A stretch of DNA of 64,000 bases from an uncultured Methanospirillum sp. (GCA_964637135.1 CAZWTX010000009.1:1-64000), one strand, 5' to 3'; shown: positions 51,922-64,000, counted from the first letter of the stretch. Numbers and translations are program-made. Notes: generated by a model from the sequence alone, not told the origin.

Positions 51922-53261
51922 TAGAAGTTCTGGGTGGCATAAAAGAATTCGCCGTCATATGCTACGCCAACCCCGAGATTGGTTACCGTCGGGTTGACCA
52001 GGTTCACCTGGTGTTCGGGACTGTCAATCCATTCAATCATCATGAGATCTGCCACCTCTTCCGGGGATGTGGGATCCACAAACCCGGAGTATGCCTTCCC
52101 GATGGTATACCCGGGCGATATTTTCATGATGTTCTCTGCAATCCCGGTCCGCACCTGGCCATCACCAAGCCGTTTAGAGGTCTCGTACCCTGCAAGACGG
52201 GCACGGCCGGTCGGGTCCAGGCCATCGGGGTTGATGTGGGAGAAGAAGGATCTGACGGCCATATCCTGGCTGTGGGCACTTGAAACCCTCCCGAGCGAGA
52301 GGTCATAGACCAGGGGGGAAAGGCCCTTGTACTCGCGGTAGGAATTTGTCTTAAGAGCGATGAACCCGGCAATCTCATTCAGGGTCTGATCAGTGACAAC
52401 CGTTACCGGTTCGCGTACCGTAACCATTTCCGGGTAGAGGTACCGGTTATTCTCCTCGTCACTCTCATTCACCTTGCTTGTAAAATCAATGATCGCACCA
52501 AGATGATAGGATCCCGGGAGGATCCCCGTTGAGAGAAGATCTGCAGAGATTCCCGTCTCGTTCATCCCCAGCCCGGCCCGGTAATAGATCTCATCGGCTA
52601 CCTTGATGTCAGACGGCTCGATTTCCGGATCATCGGAGAGGAAAAAACCGACATAAAATGTCCCTGCATTGCCTGACCCTTTGTTTTGTACGGTATAATT
52701 AAGGGAATACGGGTACCCTGGTGTGAAGTTCAGGCCGGATACGGAATCAATGATGACCGAGAGATCGGCCTTGTCCCGGTCAGTCTTCGGGGTACTCTTC
52801 CCGATCCGGATGGGAACGCCAGATATCCCCTGGTTGTTCGTGAGATTGGTCTCTACTCCCGTAGTCGAGATGGAGACCGCGAGCAGGTACTCACCCTCTT
52901 CTATCCCGTCAGGGATGGTCACCTCGTACGGGACCGTGTCCTGGTACAGGCCCGGGATCTCCCGGGTCGTCTTCTCGTGCAGCCAGATTGCCGGGCTTGC
53001 CATCTCTGCTCCGACAAGTTGAAACTCTATCCGGACTCCGGGGGCAGCCTGTGGCCCGATATTGCGTATTGACACGGTCCCGGCTGCAGGAAATCCCATG
53101 ACCGCCGAATCCGGAACCTCAATATCCCCGACGACCAGATCCGGCCGGAGGAAATTGCCGGGGGTCAGGTTTTCCCCGCTTCCGGTCTCGTCAGCAGCCA
53201 TAAGAGGGGTAATGAGAAGTGCGATGACGGTAAAAAGAAACGTGTACCGGGAAAGAGCCAT
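51918..53261 (-). CDS. Secreted CARDB x2 plus CAP/SCP domain protein
   Basis: ETNLTNN and ESDEENN CARDB ends; HSQDMA..FFSH, AENI, WIDSPEHQVNL, YATQNF. Confidence 0.88.
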   Translation of the reverse strand: MALSRYTFLFTVIALLITPLMAADETGSGENLTPGNFLRPDLVVGDIEVPDSAVMGFPAAGTVSIRNIGPQAAPGVRIEFQLVGAEMASPAIWLHEKTTREIPGLYQDTVPYEVTIPDGIEEGEYLLAVSISTTGVETNLTNNQGISGVPIRIGKSTPKTDRDKADLSVIIDSVSGLNFTPGYPYSLNYTVQNKGSGNAGTFYVGFFLSDDPEIEPSDIKVADEIYYRAGLGMNETGISADLLSTGILPGSYHLGAIIDFTSKVNESDEENNRYLYPEMVTVREPVTVVTDQTLNEIAGFIALKTNSYREYKGLSPLVYDLSLGRVSSAHSQDMAVRSFFSHINPDGLDPTGRARLAGYETSKRLGDGQVRTGIAENIMKISPGYTIGKAYSGFVDPTSPEEVADLMMIEWIDSPEHQVNLVNPTVTNLGVGVAYDGEFFYATQNFY

Positions 53262-53305
53262 ACAAACTATTGGCTCCTGATTCTTTACATGCTTGCAGGT
53301 CAGGA

Positions 53306-54334
53306 TCAGACCGGGTAAAAATCAGAGAGCCCTGGCTGATCCTGCTTCCCGTGGCCAAGATGTGACCTGGCTGCCGCCGTGGTTTCGCGTCCCTGTGGAG
53401 TCCGCTTGATAAACCCGATCCGAATCAGGAACGGCTCATACACATCCTCGATGGTCCGCGGTTCCTCCCCGGCAGATATGGAAATAGTTTTGAGTCCGAC
53501 CGGACCGCCCGAGAAATCATCAGCGATGATGGAGAGGATCCGGCGATCCAGGTCGTCCAGGCCGAGCTTGTCGATCCCGAGTGACCGGAGGGCGAGGTCG
53601 GCAATCTCCCGGGTGACCGAACCGGATCCTTTTACAATCGCATAATCGTAGACCCGCCTGAGAAGACGGTTTGCAATCCGCGGGGTGCCCCGTGCACGGG
53701 AGGCGATCTCGGCTGCCCCTTCCTGGGTGACCGGAATATCGAGGATGGTAGCTGAACGGGTGACGATCTTCTGAAGCTCTGCCGGTTCGTAGAGATCAAG
53801 CCGGAGAATCAACCCGAACCGGTCTCTGAACGGGGATCCGAGGAGGCCTATCCGCGTTGTGGCACCCACGAGCGTATACCGCTCAAGGGGGAGTTGGATA
53901 GACCGTGCAGTCGGTCCCTCGCCGATCATGACATCAATGACATAATCCTCCATCGCGGGGTACAGAATCTCTTCTATCACCGGGGAAAGCCGGTGAATCT
54001 CATCGATAAAGAGAATGTCACGATCTTTCAGCGGAGTGAGAAGGGCAGCAAGATCTCCCGGTCTCTCGAGAACCGGCCCGCTTGTTGTCTCGATAGAACT
54101 CTCCATCTCCCGTGCTATGATGTGGGCAAGGGTGGTTTTTCCAAGGCCTGGAGGCCCGGAAAAGAGGATATGATCAAGGGGGGCTTTTCTCATCCTCGCC
54201 GACGCGAGAACGACTGAAAGGGCTTCCTTGATCTGGCCCTGTCCGATAAAATCGTCAAGGGTTCCTGGACGGACACTGGCAAGAGCCCGATCCTCATCCT
54301 GTTCTCCTGCCTGGAGGAGGCTGCTCGGCTTCAT
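53306..54334 (-). CDS. ruvB: Holliday junction branch migration helicase RuvB (bacterial type)
   Basis: RPGTLDDFIGQ, GPPGLGKTTLA, FIDEIHRL, LYPAMED, RGTPRIANRLLRRV, RTPQGR. Confidence 0.97.
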   Translation of the reverse strand: MKPSSLLQAGEQDEDRALASVRPGTLDDFIGQGQIKEALSVVLASARMRKAPLDHILFSGPPGLGKTTLAHIIAREMESSIETTSGPVLERPGDLAALLTPLKDRDILFIDEIHRLSPVIEEILYPAMEDYVIDVMIGEGPTARSIQLPLERYTLVGATTRIGLLGSPFRDRFGLILRLDLYEPAELQKIVTRSATILDIPVTQEGAAEIASRARGTPRIANRLLRRVYDYAIVKGSGSVTREIADLALRSLGIDKLGLDDLDRRILSIIADDFSGGPVGLKTISISAGEEPRTIEDVYEPFLIRIGFIKRTPQGRETTAAARSHLGHGKQDQPGLSDFYPV

Positions 54335-54335
54335 G

Positions 54336-54932
54336 TCACCGCCACTCCTTCAGTACGAGAAGAGCCGCCCTGGTAAGTCCGGCAGCGGACCGGTCCCTGC
54401 ACTCCTTCATTGCCTCGTCCACGGCACCGGCGGCATCGTCCTCCCCGTACCCGAGTGAGACAAGGGCAAGAATGGCATCTGATCTGCCGCTGGAGATCGG
54501 GGGCCCTTCCTGTACGAGAGCGGGAAGGACCGGGCGGATCTTCTTCTTTAATTCAAGCACGATCCGTTCAGCCCCGGTCCGTCCGATACCGGGGACCCGT
54601 TCAAAGACGGAGGGATTCCCAGCCGATATGGCCTCGGCGATCTCCCGCACGCTCAGATGCCCGAGGATGGCATTGGCAAGCTGGGGCCCGACCCGGGATA
54701 CCGAGATCAGCAGCGAGAAGACCAGTCGTTCAGATTTTGTCTCAAATCCGTACAGGAGCATGGCATCCTGCCTGATGATCTGTTCGGTATAGAGCGTGAC
54801 TTCGGGTGCGTCCCTGAGCCTGAAGATGGCCGGGACCGGAACCCTGACCCGGTATCCCACTCCTCCGGCCTCTACCACCACGTAGTCATCGCCGGTATCC
54901 ACCACCTCACCTCTGATACGGGCAATCATCAT
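54336..54932 (-). CDS. ruvA: Holliday junction binding protein RuvA
   Basis: MIARIRG, GGVGY, LYGF, VSRVGP, VPGIG...AERIVLELK, ALVSLGY. Confidence 0.95.
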   Translation of the reverse strand: MMIARIRGEVVDTGDDYVVVEAGGVGYRVRVPVPAIFRLRDAPEVTLYTEQIIRQDAMLLYGFETKSERLVFSLLISVSRVGPQLANAILGHLSVREIAEAISAGNPSVFERVPGIGRTGAERIVLELKKKIRPVLPALVQEGPPISSGRSDAILALVSLGYGEDDAAGAVDEAMKECRDRSAAGLTRAALLVLKEWR

Positions 54933-54935
54933 TAC

Positions 54936-55421
54936 TCACAGATATGTCCTGCTTCGGTTTATATGGCAGAGCGCAAGGGAGAGTCCGTCGGCAGCATCGT
55001 CCGGTCGTGGTTTCTCCCGCAGACCGAGAAGGCGCTGGATCATGACCTGCATCTGTTCCTTGTCTGCCCTGCCGGAACCGGTTATTGCTAGTTTCACCTG
55101 GTTCGGCTTATACTCATAGATCTCAAGCCCCTCCCCGGCAGCAGTCATGAGGATCACTCCTCTCGCTTCGCTCACCTGGAGGGCAGAAGTCGTGTTTCGT
55201 GCAAAGAAGAGTTCTTCAATGGCCATGACATCGGGACGGTGAATCCTGATCAGATCCTCAATTCTGTCCCGTATCATCAGCAGCCTGACCGGTGCCGGCC
55301 CGTCCGCAGGCCGGGTCCTGATGACGCCGAATGCCAGGGGCAGAAGGCCGCCTCGTCCGACATCGATGACCCCGTACCCGACGGTTGCAAACCCGGGATC
55401 GATACCAAGGATCACACTCAT
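54936..55421 (-). CDS. ruvC: Holliday junction resolvase RuvC
   Basis: ILGIDPG, AIEELFF, EARGV, YKPNQVK, GRADKEQ, DDAADG. Confidence 0.96.
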   Translation of the reverse strand: MSVILGIDPGFATVGYGVIDVGRGGLLPLAFGVIRTRPADGPAPVRLLMIRDRIEDLIRIHRPDVMAIEELFFARNTTSALQVSEARGVILMTAAGEGLEIYEYKPNQVKLAITGSGRADKEQMQVMIQRLLGLREKPRPDDAADGLSLALCHINRSRTYL

Positions 55422-55454
55422 GGCTGAAAACCGGATACAGACGGGATGATCTGG

Positions 55455-57635
<2,181 letters not shown>

Positions 57636-57699
57636 CGGAACTACATACGAGACTGTGCCACATAAGCCTTATGGGCAGAAAAACAAGGGAACACGGAGA

Positions 57700-58245
57700 T
57701 CAGAGGGCCGTACCACTCTCATAGGTGAAGGTCTTCATGAGGGTTCTGACATACCCGTCAACCTCGGTCGAGTCCTTCAGGGTAATTGTTGAGGATTCAT
57801 TCAGACTGTTTCCGCGGCCCTCAGTAATTGAAGCCCCGATCTCCACGCCGAATGCGCCCTGGGCATACTGGCCGGCAAAGGCATTCCCATCTGGAGAGGC
57901 ACGGACCGGAATGGCATCGGTAACGTATTCCATGTCGGCTGATTCATTCAGCACAGTCTCATTCAGCACAGTCTCATTCAGCACGGTTTGATTCAGGGCG
58001 GTTTCATTCCCCAAAAATTCCGGGATCCAGGTACCATTTCCGTCTCCTGACATGGCAGTCATATTCTCTCCGGCCAGCAGGGTGGTATTGTTTGCAGCGG
58101 GTGCCCCGGTACTGATGTTACTGGTATTGATACTGGTATTCTGAATCTGATCCTCACCGGAGACACCTGCAGCACAGCAGATGATGAGAAGAATCAGCAG
58201 GCCGGGTAATGCTGTATGAAGGGGTAACAGATTATTTCTTTTCAT
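57700..58245 (-). CDS. Small secreted, sequon-rich protein with sheath-protein-like C-terminus
   Basis: Signal peptide; more than 10 N-x-S/T sequons; ends GASITEGRG...KDSTEVDGYVRTLMKTFTYESG. Confidence 0.7.
   Translation of the reverse strand: MKRNNLLPLHTALPGLLILLIICCAAGVSGEDQIQNTSINTSNISTGAPAANNTTLLAGENMTAMSGDGNGTWIPEFLGNETALNQTVLNETVLNETVLNESADMEYVTDAIPVRASPDGNAFAGQYAQGAFGVEIGASITEGRGNSLNESSTITLKDSTEVDGYVRTLMKTFTYESGTAL
57944..58009 (-). repeat. 15-bp tandem repeat encoding NET(V/A)L glycosylation sequons
   Basis: tcattcagcacagtc twice exactly, plus degenerate copies. Confidence 0.9.
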
Positions 58246-58306
58246 GGACCTGTTCCTGACAGGTACAGGTATACCCCCCCATATGAGAATTTTGTGGTGG
58301 CCACCC

Positions 58307-59257
58307 TCAGGCCCGGGGAGTGATGAGCAGGTACCGGGAATTGATCCGGCCGATCATGATCAGGGAATAGAACCTGAGGAACGTGATCACCGGGGCAGTT
58401 ACCATGAGCGAGAGAAGAAGGGTGAGGCCACTGAACAGGAAAATCTGGATGAAGACGGATATCGTGAATATCTCAGCAGAAATGCCTCCCGGGGTGATGA
58501 TCAGCTCAGGCACTCCGAAGATCAGGCCGGTGAGGAAGATGATCGAACCAAGAACCACCCCGGTACAGATGCTGATCATGATTTTCAACCCGACAAAGAG
58601 GATCAGATCCAGCCAGCGCCCCGTGAAGATGGTCAGGAACCGCCGCCATCCCTGATACACATTCAAGCGATCGGCGATCATGACCGGAACCACGAAATCG
58701 CTGGTGAGTATGGCAATGATCCAGACGGGGATGAGGATGAGAAAGAGAGCCACCAGGGTGATGATAACGGCGGTCAGAATAGCGGGAAGAGACTGATCAC
58801 CGGAACGGATGAGCGGAACCATGACTGCCACCATGACAAGGACGAGGGATCCTGCGACGGCTCCGGCGAGGATGAGATAAAACCCGAATAATCCGATGCC
58901 TTCCCGGATATGACTCCGGATTGACCCGCAGAGCAGGATGGTATCAGACCTGAGGGTGTCAACGAAGACAAACTGGAAGATGGAGCTAAAAAGGGAGTAG
59001 ATGCCGAGGACAAGAAAAAAGAGAGCACCCAGGCCAAGAAGAAGATCCGGGGGAATGACCGGTGCCCGGATGAGGTCTTCAAGCGTAGTTCCTTCCCCGA
59101 TGGAGAGGTTTCCCGGGAACGGATTCATGATACCGCCCCCGAGAAAAAGGGTGATGACGAGGATCCGTACCCACAGGGAAGGGGACGGTGGCCAGAGCAG
59201 CCCGGTCGTTCTTGCGATCGCTTCGTCGATGGCAGTAAGGGAGTGATATTCACCCAT
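58307..59257 (-). CDS. Multi-pass membrane protein
   Basis: About six hydrophobic segments; FQFVFVD and DFVVPVM. Confidence 0.78.
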   Translation of the reverse strand: MGEYHSLTAIDEAIARTTGLLWPPSPSLWVRILVITLFLGGGIMNPFPGNLSIGEGTTLEDLIRAPVIPPDLLLGLGALFFLVLGIYSLFSSIFQFVFVDTLRSDTILLCGSIRSHIREGIGLFGFYLILAGAVAGSLVLVMVAVMVPLIRSGDQSLPAILTAVIITLVALFLILIPVWIIAILTSDFVVPVMIADRLNVYQGWRRFLTIFTGRWLDLILFVGLKIMISICTGVVLGSIIFLTGLIFGVPELIITPGGISAEIFTISVFIQIFLFSGLTLLLSLMVTAPVITFLRFYSLIMIGRINSRYLLITPRA

Positions 59258-59261
59258 ACCG

Positions 59262-59990
59262 TCAGTCCTCCCCGCTCATGATCTTCTCTGCATACGGACA
59301 ATTCTGCAGTGGTGCCGTCATGCGGACCGGACAGGCCTGACAGCCAGGCCTCGTCCGGCAGACAGCTGATCCCAGCCTGACGATCTGTGCATGGAAGTCG
59401 TTGAAGAGGGCAACGTCAGCCGGGAGTCGTGACATGAAGAACTCCTGCATCGCCTGGTAGGACGCATCATCGTCAAACCACTGGAGACGTGATCCAATCC
59501 GCCGGGTATACGTATCGACCACGAAAACCGGCTTGTTCAGGGCATACAGGAGAATGGAATCGACCGTTTCCGGCCCGAATCCTTGAAGGGAGAGCAGTTC
59601 GGTCCGAAGGGTACCCTCATCGCCGGCAGCCATGAGATCGACGTCTCCATTCCAGCGGGATACGAAGTATGCCATATATTCCTTCAGCCGGGACGCCTTC
59701 TGCCGGTAGAACCGCGATGATCTGATGAGCGGGGCAGTCTCTTCCGCGGGAGTGGTAGCCAGGATTGCCGGTGAGAGGAGACCGTGCTCTTTCAATGCCG
59801 AAATAGCTCGTGATGCCCCGGTCCACGAGACGTTCTGGGCCAGGATTGCCCCGGCCATCGTTTCCACCGGGCCTTCTGACGGCCACCAGTGCTGATGACC
59901 ATAGGCAGCGAGCAGGCGGGCATACACCTCCAGGAGATCGTTCTGGCTCACCGGGCGCATGATCAGGTCCATTCCTGCTGTCGTGCCCAT
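59262..59990 (-). CDS. HhH-GPD / endonuclease III-related DNA repair protein
   Basis: WWP...GAILAQNVSW, GFGPETVDSILLYA, VVDTYTRR, C-terminal four-Cys Fe-S motif. Confidence 0.88.
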   Translation of the reverse strand: MGTTAGMDLIMRPVSQNDLLEVYARLLAAYGHQHWWPSEGPVETMAGAILAQNVSWTGASRAISALKEHGLLSPAILATTPAEETAPLIRSSRFYRQKASRLKEYMAYFVSRWNGDVDLMAAGDEGTLRTELLSLQGFGPETVDSILLYALNKPVFVVDTYTRRIGSRLQWFDDDASYQAMQEFFMSRLPADVALFNDFHAQIVRLGSAVCRTRPGCQACPVRMTAPLQNCPYAEKIMSGED

Positions 59991-60235
59991 GCAGCATACC
60001 GCTCCCGGAGCATGGCCAGTTCAGGAGCGGTCAGGTCTTTTCCATTCCGATTATGAATGATCGTCGAGAGTTGCCGGACAATATCCTCTGCCACCGCATC
60101 ATCCCGGCAGGTAACGTAGACTATCGCATCATTTTTGGGAAACGTCAGTCCGCAAACCGGGCAGAGAATGTTGACTGATTCAGACGGAACCGTTAATAAC
60201 CGGTGACAGCCCGGGCACCGGATCACGGCAATCAT
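59963..60235 (-). CDS. Small zinc-ribbon protein
   Basis: MIAVIRCPGC...CPVCG; ATG at 60235 (the longer track ORF overlaps cofE). Confidence 0.65.
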   Translation of the reverse strand: MIAVIRCPGCHRLLTVPSESVNILCPVCGLTFPKNDAIVYVTCRDDAVAEDIVRQLSTIIHNRNGKDLTAPELAMLRERYAAWARQQEWT

Positions 60236-60344
60236 GAAAGTTCCGGTACGTTTCCTGTCCGGATGAATCTTCTCACTTCCTCCCGGCAGAAAGCAAATAC
60301 TAATCACCGATACCGGATGACCTCTGGGAAGGAAGGAATCAGGA

Positions 60345-61091
60345 ATGGAACAGGTAACGGTCATTGCAGTCCGGGGACTTCCCCTGATCACTGAAGGAAA
60401 CGACATTGCGAGCCTGATTGCCGGACATGCAGAACTGAAGCCGGGTGATATCGTCTGCATCGCCAGTACCATCGTTTCCAAGGCGGCAGGATACCGGCAC
60501 ACCCTTTCTGAAATTACTCCCGGTGCCGAGGCTCACCGGATTGCTGCCCTGACCGGAGAAGATCCGGAATTCATGGAAGTCGTCCTCAGTCAGGCAGCAG
60601 AAGTACTTCTTGAAGCACCATTTACCCTCACCGAACTAAAATCAGGCCATATCGGCGTCAGATCAGGCGTTGATGCCAGCAACGTGGAAGACGGGATCGT
60701 CATTACGCTCCCGCCTGACCCGGTGAAAGAAGCAGACCAGATACGGGAAAAGCTCGAGGAGAAGGCCGGGGGACATATCGGAGTAATCATTACGGACACC
60801 TGCGGGCGGGCATTCCGGCGGGGCCAGACCGGCCATGCTATCGGCTGGAGCGGCATTGACGCGATACGTGACTTCCGTGGCGATACCGATCTCTTCGGAC
60901 GGGTCCTGGAGATCACTGAGGAAGCGGTAATCGATGAAATTGCAGGATTTTCAAATTTCGTGATGGGGGAGAGCAATAACGGCATACCGGTTGTGATCTT
61001 CCGGGGCATTGAACCGTGGACGGGCCACAATGACCTTTACTTCCGGAAAGACGAGGATATCTTCAGAAAAGCACTCAAAAAATGGAGATGA
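60345..61091 (+). CDS. cofE: Coenzyme F420-0:L-glutamate ligase
   Basis: GLPLI..G.DI, STIVSKA, GVDASN, DTCGRAFRRG, DEIAG, MGES. Confidence 0.93.
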   Translation: MEQVTVIAVRGLPLITEGNDIASLIAGHAELKPGDIVCIASTIVSKAAGYRHTLSEITPGAEAHRIAALTGEDPEFMEVVLSQAAEVLLEAPFTLTELKSGHIGVRSGVDASNVEDGIVITLPPDPVKEADQIREKLEEKAGGHIGVIITDTCGRAFRRGQTGHAIGWSGIDAIRDFRGDTDLFGRVLEITEEAVIDEIAGFSNFVMGESNNGIPVVIFRGIEPWTGHNDLYFRKDEDIFRKALKKWR

Positions 61092-61253
61092 TCAGAACTT
61101 GATCATGTTCAGGATAAACACTACCACTCCTGCAGCAACGGCTGCTGCAAGAACTATATATGGGCTGATGTGGACTGCACGGCGGTCTTCACTGTCGTAG
61201 TAATTGACAAGACCGGCAGAGGATATTAACCGTCCACCCGACTTTTTTGCCAT
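61092..61253 (-). CDS. secG: Preprotein translocase subunit Sec61beta (53 aa)
   Basis: Below the ORF-track cutoff; hand translation MAKKSGGRLISSAGLVNYYDSEDRRAVHISPYIVLAAAVAAGVVVFILNMIKF. Confidence 0.92.
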   Translation of the reverse strand: MAKKSGGRLISSAGLVNYYDSEDRRAVHISPYIVLAAAVAAGVVVFILNMIKF

Positions 61254-61305
61254 AACATATATCAGGCCGCCGAATTATATAAAAGGCTCATTCACGGGGA
61301 AGATT

Positions 61306-62343
61306 GTGGACGACGAGTATCTCTTTTCAGGAACTGCCCTCTGCGGAAATTCACTTGAAGCGCGTCCGGTGACCATCGTGGTGAAAAACGGCATGATCCA
61401 GTCGGTGGAAGATGAGACCAGAGTTCCCGATCAATGGATCTGTCCTGCCTTCTGGAATGCCCATACCCACCTTGCCGATACGGTCGCCATGGATCTCCCC
61501 TGTACTGGAAGCCTGGAGAGCCTTGTCACCCCGCCGGACGGGCTGAAACACCGTATCCTGAATACAACCCCGGGGGAGCGGCTTGTCGCCGGCATGCGGG
61601 CATCCGTCCGGGAGATGGTACGGGGAGGTACTGCCGGTTTTATTGATTTTCGGGAGAACGGGCCGGCCGGGGTGGAACTCCTCAGGGAGGCATGCCGGGG
61701 AGAGAGCATCTCCCCGGTTATTCTCGGAAGGGACGGCGGGGAGGATGTTGCCGACGGTGCAGGAATCAGCAGTACCCGCGATGTCCCGGGATATGCCGGG
61801 ATAGCTGAGTCCATGCATGCTGGAAAGAAACTCGTTGCCTTTCATGCAGGTGAACGGGATACCGGGGATATCGACGATGCACTCGAGTGCAGCCCTGACC
61901 TTCTGGTTCACTGTACCCATGCAACGCCGTCGCAGATCCGGCGGATTGCCGATGACGGAGTGCCTGTTGCCGTCTGCACCCGATCGAATTTTCTCCTCGG
62001 GGCGGCTTCATCACGGGCCCGTCCGCCTGTGAACGAATTACTTGCGGCAGGTGCTAATCTGCGGATTGGTACTGATAACGTGATGTTTGTGCAGCCCGAC
62101 ATGCTCCGTGAACTCTCATTTATCCACACCGTCTACCAGTCAGACCCCCTGCTCCTCCTTCAGGCAGCAACAAGAGGCGTCGGCAGGGAGGCGGATATGC
62201 ATCTCATCGGGAAGGGAAAGCCGGCCTGTTTTACCGTATTTGAGGTAAACAAGACGAATTTTGAATATTCGCATGATATTGCTGCCACGCTGGTAAAACG
62301 GGCTACATCCAGCCATATCTGCGCAAGAATTTTTTATCTCTAA
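61306..62343 (+). CDS. Amidohydrolase/deaminase family protein
   Basis: NAHTH, DFRENG, FHAGE, VHCT, GTDN; GTG start chosen to avoid overlap with sec61beta. Confidence 0.85.
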   Translation: MDDEYLFSGTALCGNSLEARPVTIVVKNGMIQSVEDETRVPDQWICPAFWNAHTHLADTVAMDLPCTGSLESLVTPPDGLKHRILNTTPGERLVAGMRASVREMVRGGTAGFIDFRENGPAGVELLREACRGESISPVILGRDGGEDVADGAGISSTRDVPGYAGIAESMHAGKKLVAFHAGERDTGDIDDALECSPDLLVHCTHATPSQIRRIADDGVPVAVCTRSNFLLGAASSRARPPVNELLAAGANLRIGTDNVMFVQPDMLRELSFIHTVYQSDPLLLLQAATRGVGREADMHLIGKGKPACFTVFEVNKTNFEYSHDIAATLVKRATSSHICARIFYL

Positions 62344-62367
62344 TGTAAATTAACTGGGGAGCCTTTT

Positions 62368-62811
62368 GTGGGGGGAACCCAAGTGTACAATACTATTCTT
62401 GTTGCCATTGATGGATCGGATGTCAGTAAAATGGCATTCGAGGCAGCTGTAGAACAGGCCCTCGCCTGGAAAGCAGACCTGCATGCGGTATATGTTGTCG
62501 AATCCGGGTTATTCTCCGATATTCCGGCAGACAGCAAACTTGAGATCATGTACAGTCTCCTTGAACAGGAGGGAACCGCTGCTCTCGATAACGTGAGTGA
62601 GATTGCAAAGAAGAAGAATATCCAACTGAAAACCCATTTTGAGCAGGGTCATGCAGGGAATACCATCCTTGCGACTGCCCAGAAGATCAATGCCGACCTC
62701 CTGGTGATGGGATCTCACGGGAAAAGCAATATTGATCGGATCCTCATCGGGAGTGTCAGTTCCTTCGTGGTCGAGCATTCCCCGGTCTCGGTACTGGTGG
62801 TGAGATCATAG
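62368..62811 (+). CDS. Universal stress protein
   Basis: ILVAIDGS, ADLLVMGSHG, IGSVS. Confidence 0.92.
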   Translation: MGGTQVYNTILVAIDGSDVSKMAFEAAVEQALAWKADLHAVYVVESGLFSDIPADSKLEIMYSLLEQEGTAALDNVSEIAKKKNIQLKTHFEQGHAGNTILATAQKINADLLVMGSHGKSNIDRILIGSVSSFVVEHSPVSVLVVRS

Positions 62812-63674
62812 TGCCGGCCCCACTGGTATCAGATTACATGACGACTGATGTCGTCACGGTGGATATACCAGGAAACCGCGATGATGTCCTAAAAATTTTA
62901 AAAAGAACTGGTATTAGCGGAGTTCCGGTTATAAAAGACGGGAACATCGTCGGGATAATCACCCGTAAGGATCTCCTTCACAAGCCTGAGGAGAACCAGC
63001 TGGCACTGCTGATGACACCTGACCCGATTACCATCCTTCCGACGGCAAACCTGACTGAGGCCGCCAGGATCATGGTGGATAACAATATCAGGCGTCTTCC
63101 GGTGGTTGACAGCCAGAAAAAACTTGCCGGCCTGATCAGTGTCGCGGATCTCATCCTTGCCATCGCCAGGATGAAAATCGAGGAGGAGATTAAGGACCGG
63201 TTTACCAGTCCGACCTTTGCGATATGGGAAGAGACACCCCTCCCGCTCGTGGGAAGAATCATGGAGATATCGGGATTTGAGGCAATCCCGGTTCTTTCGA
63301 AAGAGTCGAAACTGCAGGGTATACTCTCTGAACGCGACCTCATCAGGTGTGCCATGATCGAGGACTCGGTTGAGACATCTGATCTCTCCACCACCGGGAC
63401 CGATGATGACGAATGGACCTGGGAGAGCATCAGGGATGTCCACCACGTCAGTTATGGAATATCACGTGTACAGCTCCCGAACCGCCCGGTCAGGGAGGCA
63501 ATGGTAACAAACGTTGTGATGGTTCCTCCCAATGCAGAAGTAAGTGAATGTGCGCTGAAAATGAAGCGTGCACGGGTTGACCAGCTCCCGATCATCAACG
63601 GTGACAACCGGCTGAAAAGTATTCTTTTTGACCGGGTTCTCATCAAGGTCCTCCTGGACGAGAAATATCAATAA
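62811..63674 (+). CDS. Four-CBS-domain protein
   Basis: ISGVPV, IRRLPVV, AIPV and QLPII CBS cores. Confidence 0.9.
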   Translation: MPAPLVSDYMTTDVVTVDIPGNRDDVLKILKRTGISGVPVIKDGNIVGIITRKDLLHKPEENQLALLMTPDPITILPTANLTEAARIMVDNNIRRLPVVDSQKKLAGLISVADLILAIARMKIEEEIKDRFTSPTFAIWEETPLPLVGRIMEISGFEAIPVLSKESKLQGILSERDLIRCAMIEDSVETSDLSTTGTDDDEWTWESIRDVHHVSYGISRVQLPNRPVREAMVTNVVMVPPNAEVSECALKMKRARVDQLPIINGDNRLKSILFDRVLIKVLLDEKYQ

Positions 63675-63766
63675 CAATATTTAATATATTGCGGGGTGCT
63701 TGTAACTTAGGCATTTTTGCTCCCTGCAATAATTTCGCTACGTGCTTTTTATTCTGGTGATTGCGA

Positions 63767-64000
63767 ATGGCAGAACAGAACGATACAATGAAGGGAACGA
63801 CCACTGTCGGAATCGTCTTCGACTCCGGGGTCGTTCTTGCGAGCGAAAAACGGGCTACTATGGGATACCTGATCTCCAACAAGACTGCCAAGAAGATCTA
63901 TCAGGTTGCATCCCGGATCGGACTGACTACTGCCGGAGGAGTCGGGGATGCACAGCAACTAGCCCGGCTCATGACGGTGGAGGCAAACCTCTACGAGATC
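63767..64000 (+). CDS. psmB: Proteasome beta subunit, truncated by the window edge
   Basis: Hand translation [33 protein letters not shown]...AGGVGDAQ. Confidence 0.95.
   Translation, partial: MAEQNDTMKGTTTVGIVFDSGVVLASEKRATMGYLISNKTAKKIYQVASRIGLTTAGGVGDAQQLARLMTVEANLYEI

Noticed and set aside
54936..55421. RuvC as a TnpB/Cas-type nuclease
   Set aside because: It is a canonical 161-aa resolvase within ruvCAB
60236..60502. Extension of the zinc-ribbon ORF
   Set aside because: It overlaps cofE on the opposite strand
61204..61305. Track start of the amidohydrolase
   Set aside because: It overlaps sec61beta and its divergent promoter; GTG at 61306 is preferred

Overview
Gene-dense chromosomal window from a methanogenic archaeon, most likely Methanospirillum-like (Methanomicrobiales). 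The archaeal markers are aIF5A, Sec61beta, proteasome beta, CarS, Tes, CofE and coenzyme M genes. From left to right it contains: a bacterial-style alternative chemosensory cluster (tandem CheW, MCP, CheA-REC, response regulator; no CheR/CheB); a coupled coenzyme M operon (comDE, cysteate synthase, COG1900/marker-16 protein) headed by an uncharacterised ABC-ATPase/G3E-GTPase/Fe-S triad with a divergent XRE regulator; a soluble MCP with three 133-aa repeats; pyrE-carS divergent from tes-rimK; dnaG, pyrC, purB, an M42/AspAT/phi/MBL/Mrp run, aIF5A, IMPase plus NAD kinase and CARDB proteins; a pst locus with a PstC-PstA fusion and no pstS; secreted proteins that resemble the Methanospirillum sheath protein family; ppk1 followed by a bacterial-type ruvCAB; then cofE, sec61beta, USP, CBS and the start of psmB. 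I found no rRNA, tRNA, CRISPR array or mobile element. All family calls come from motif recognition by eye; no searches were run.
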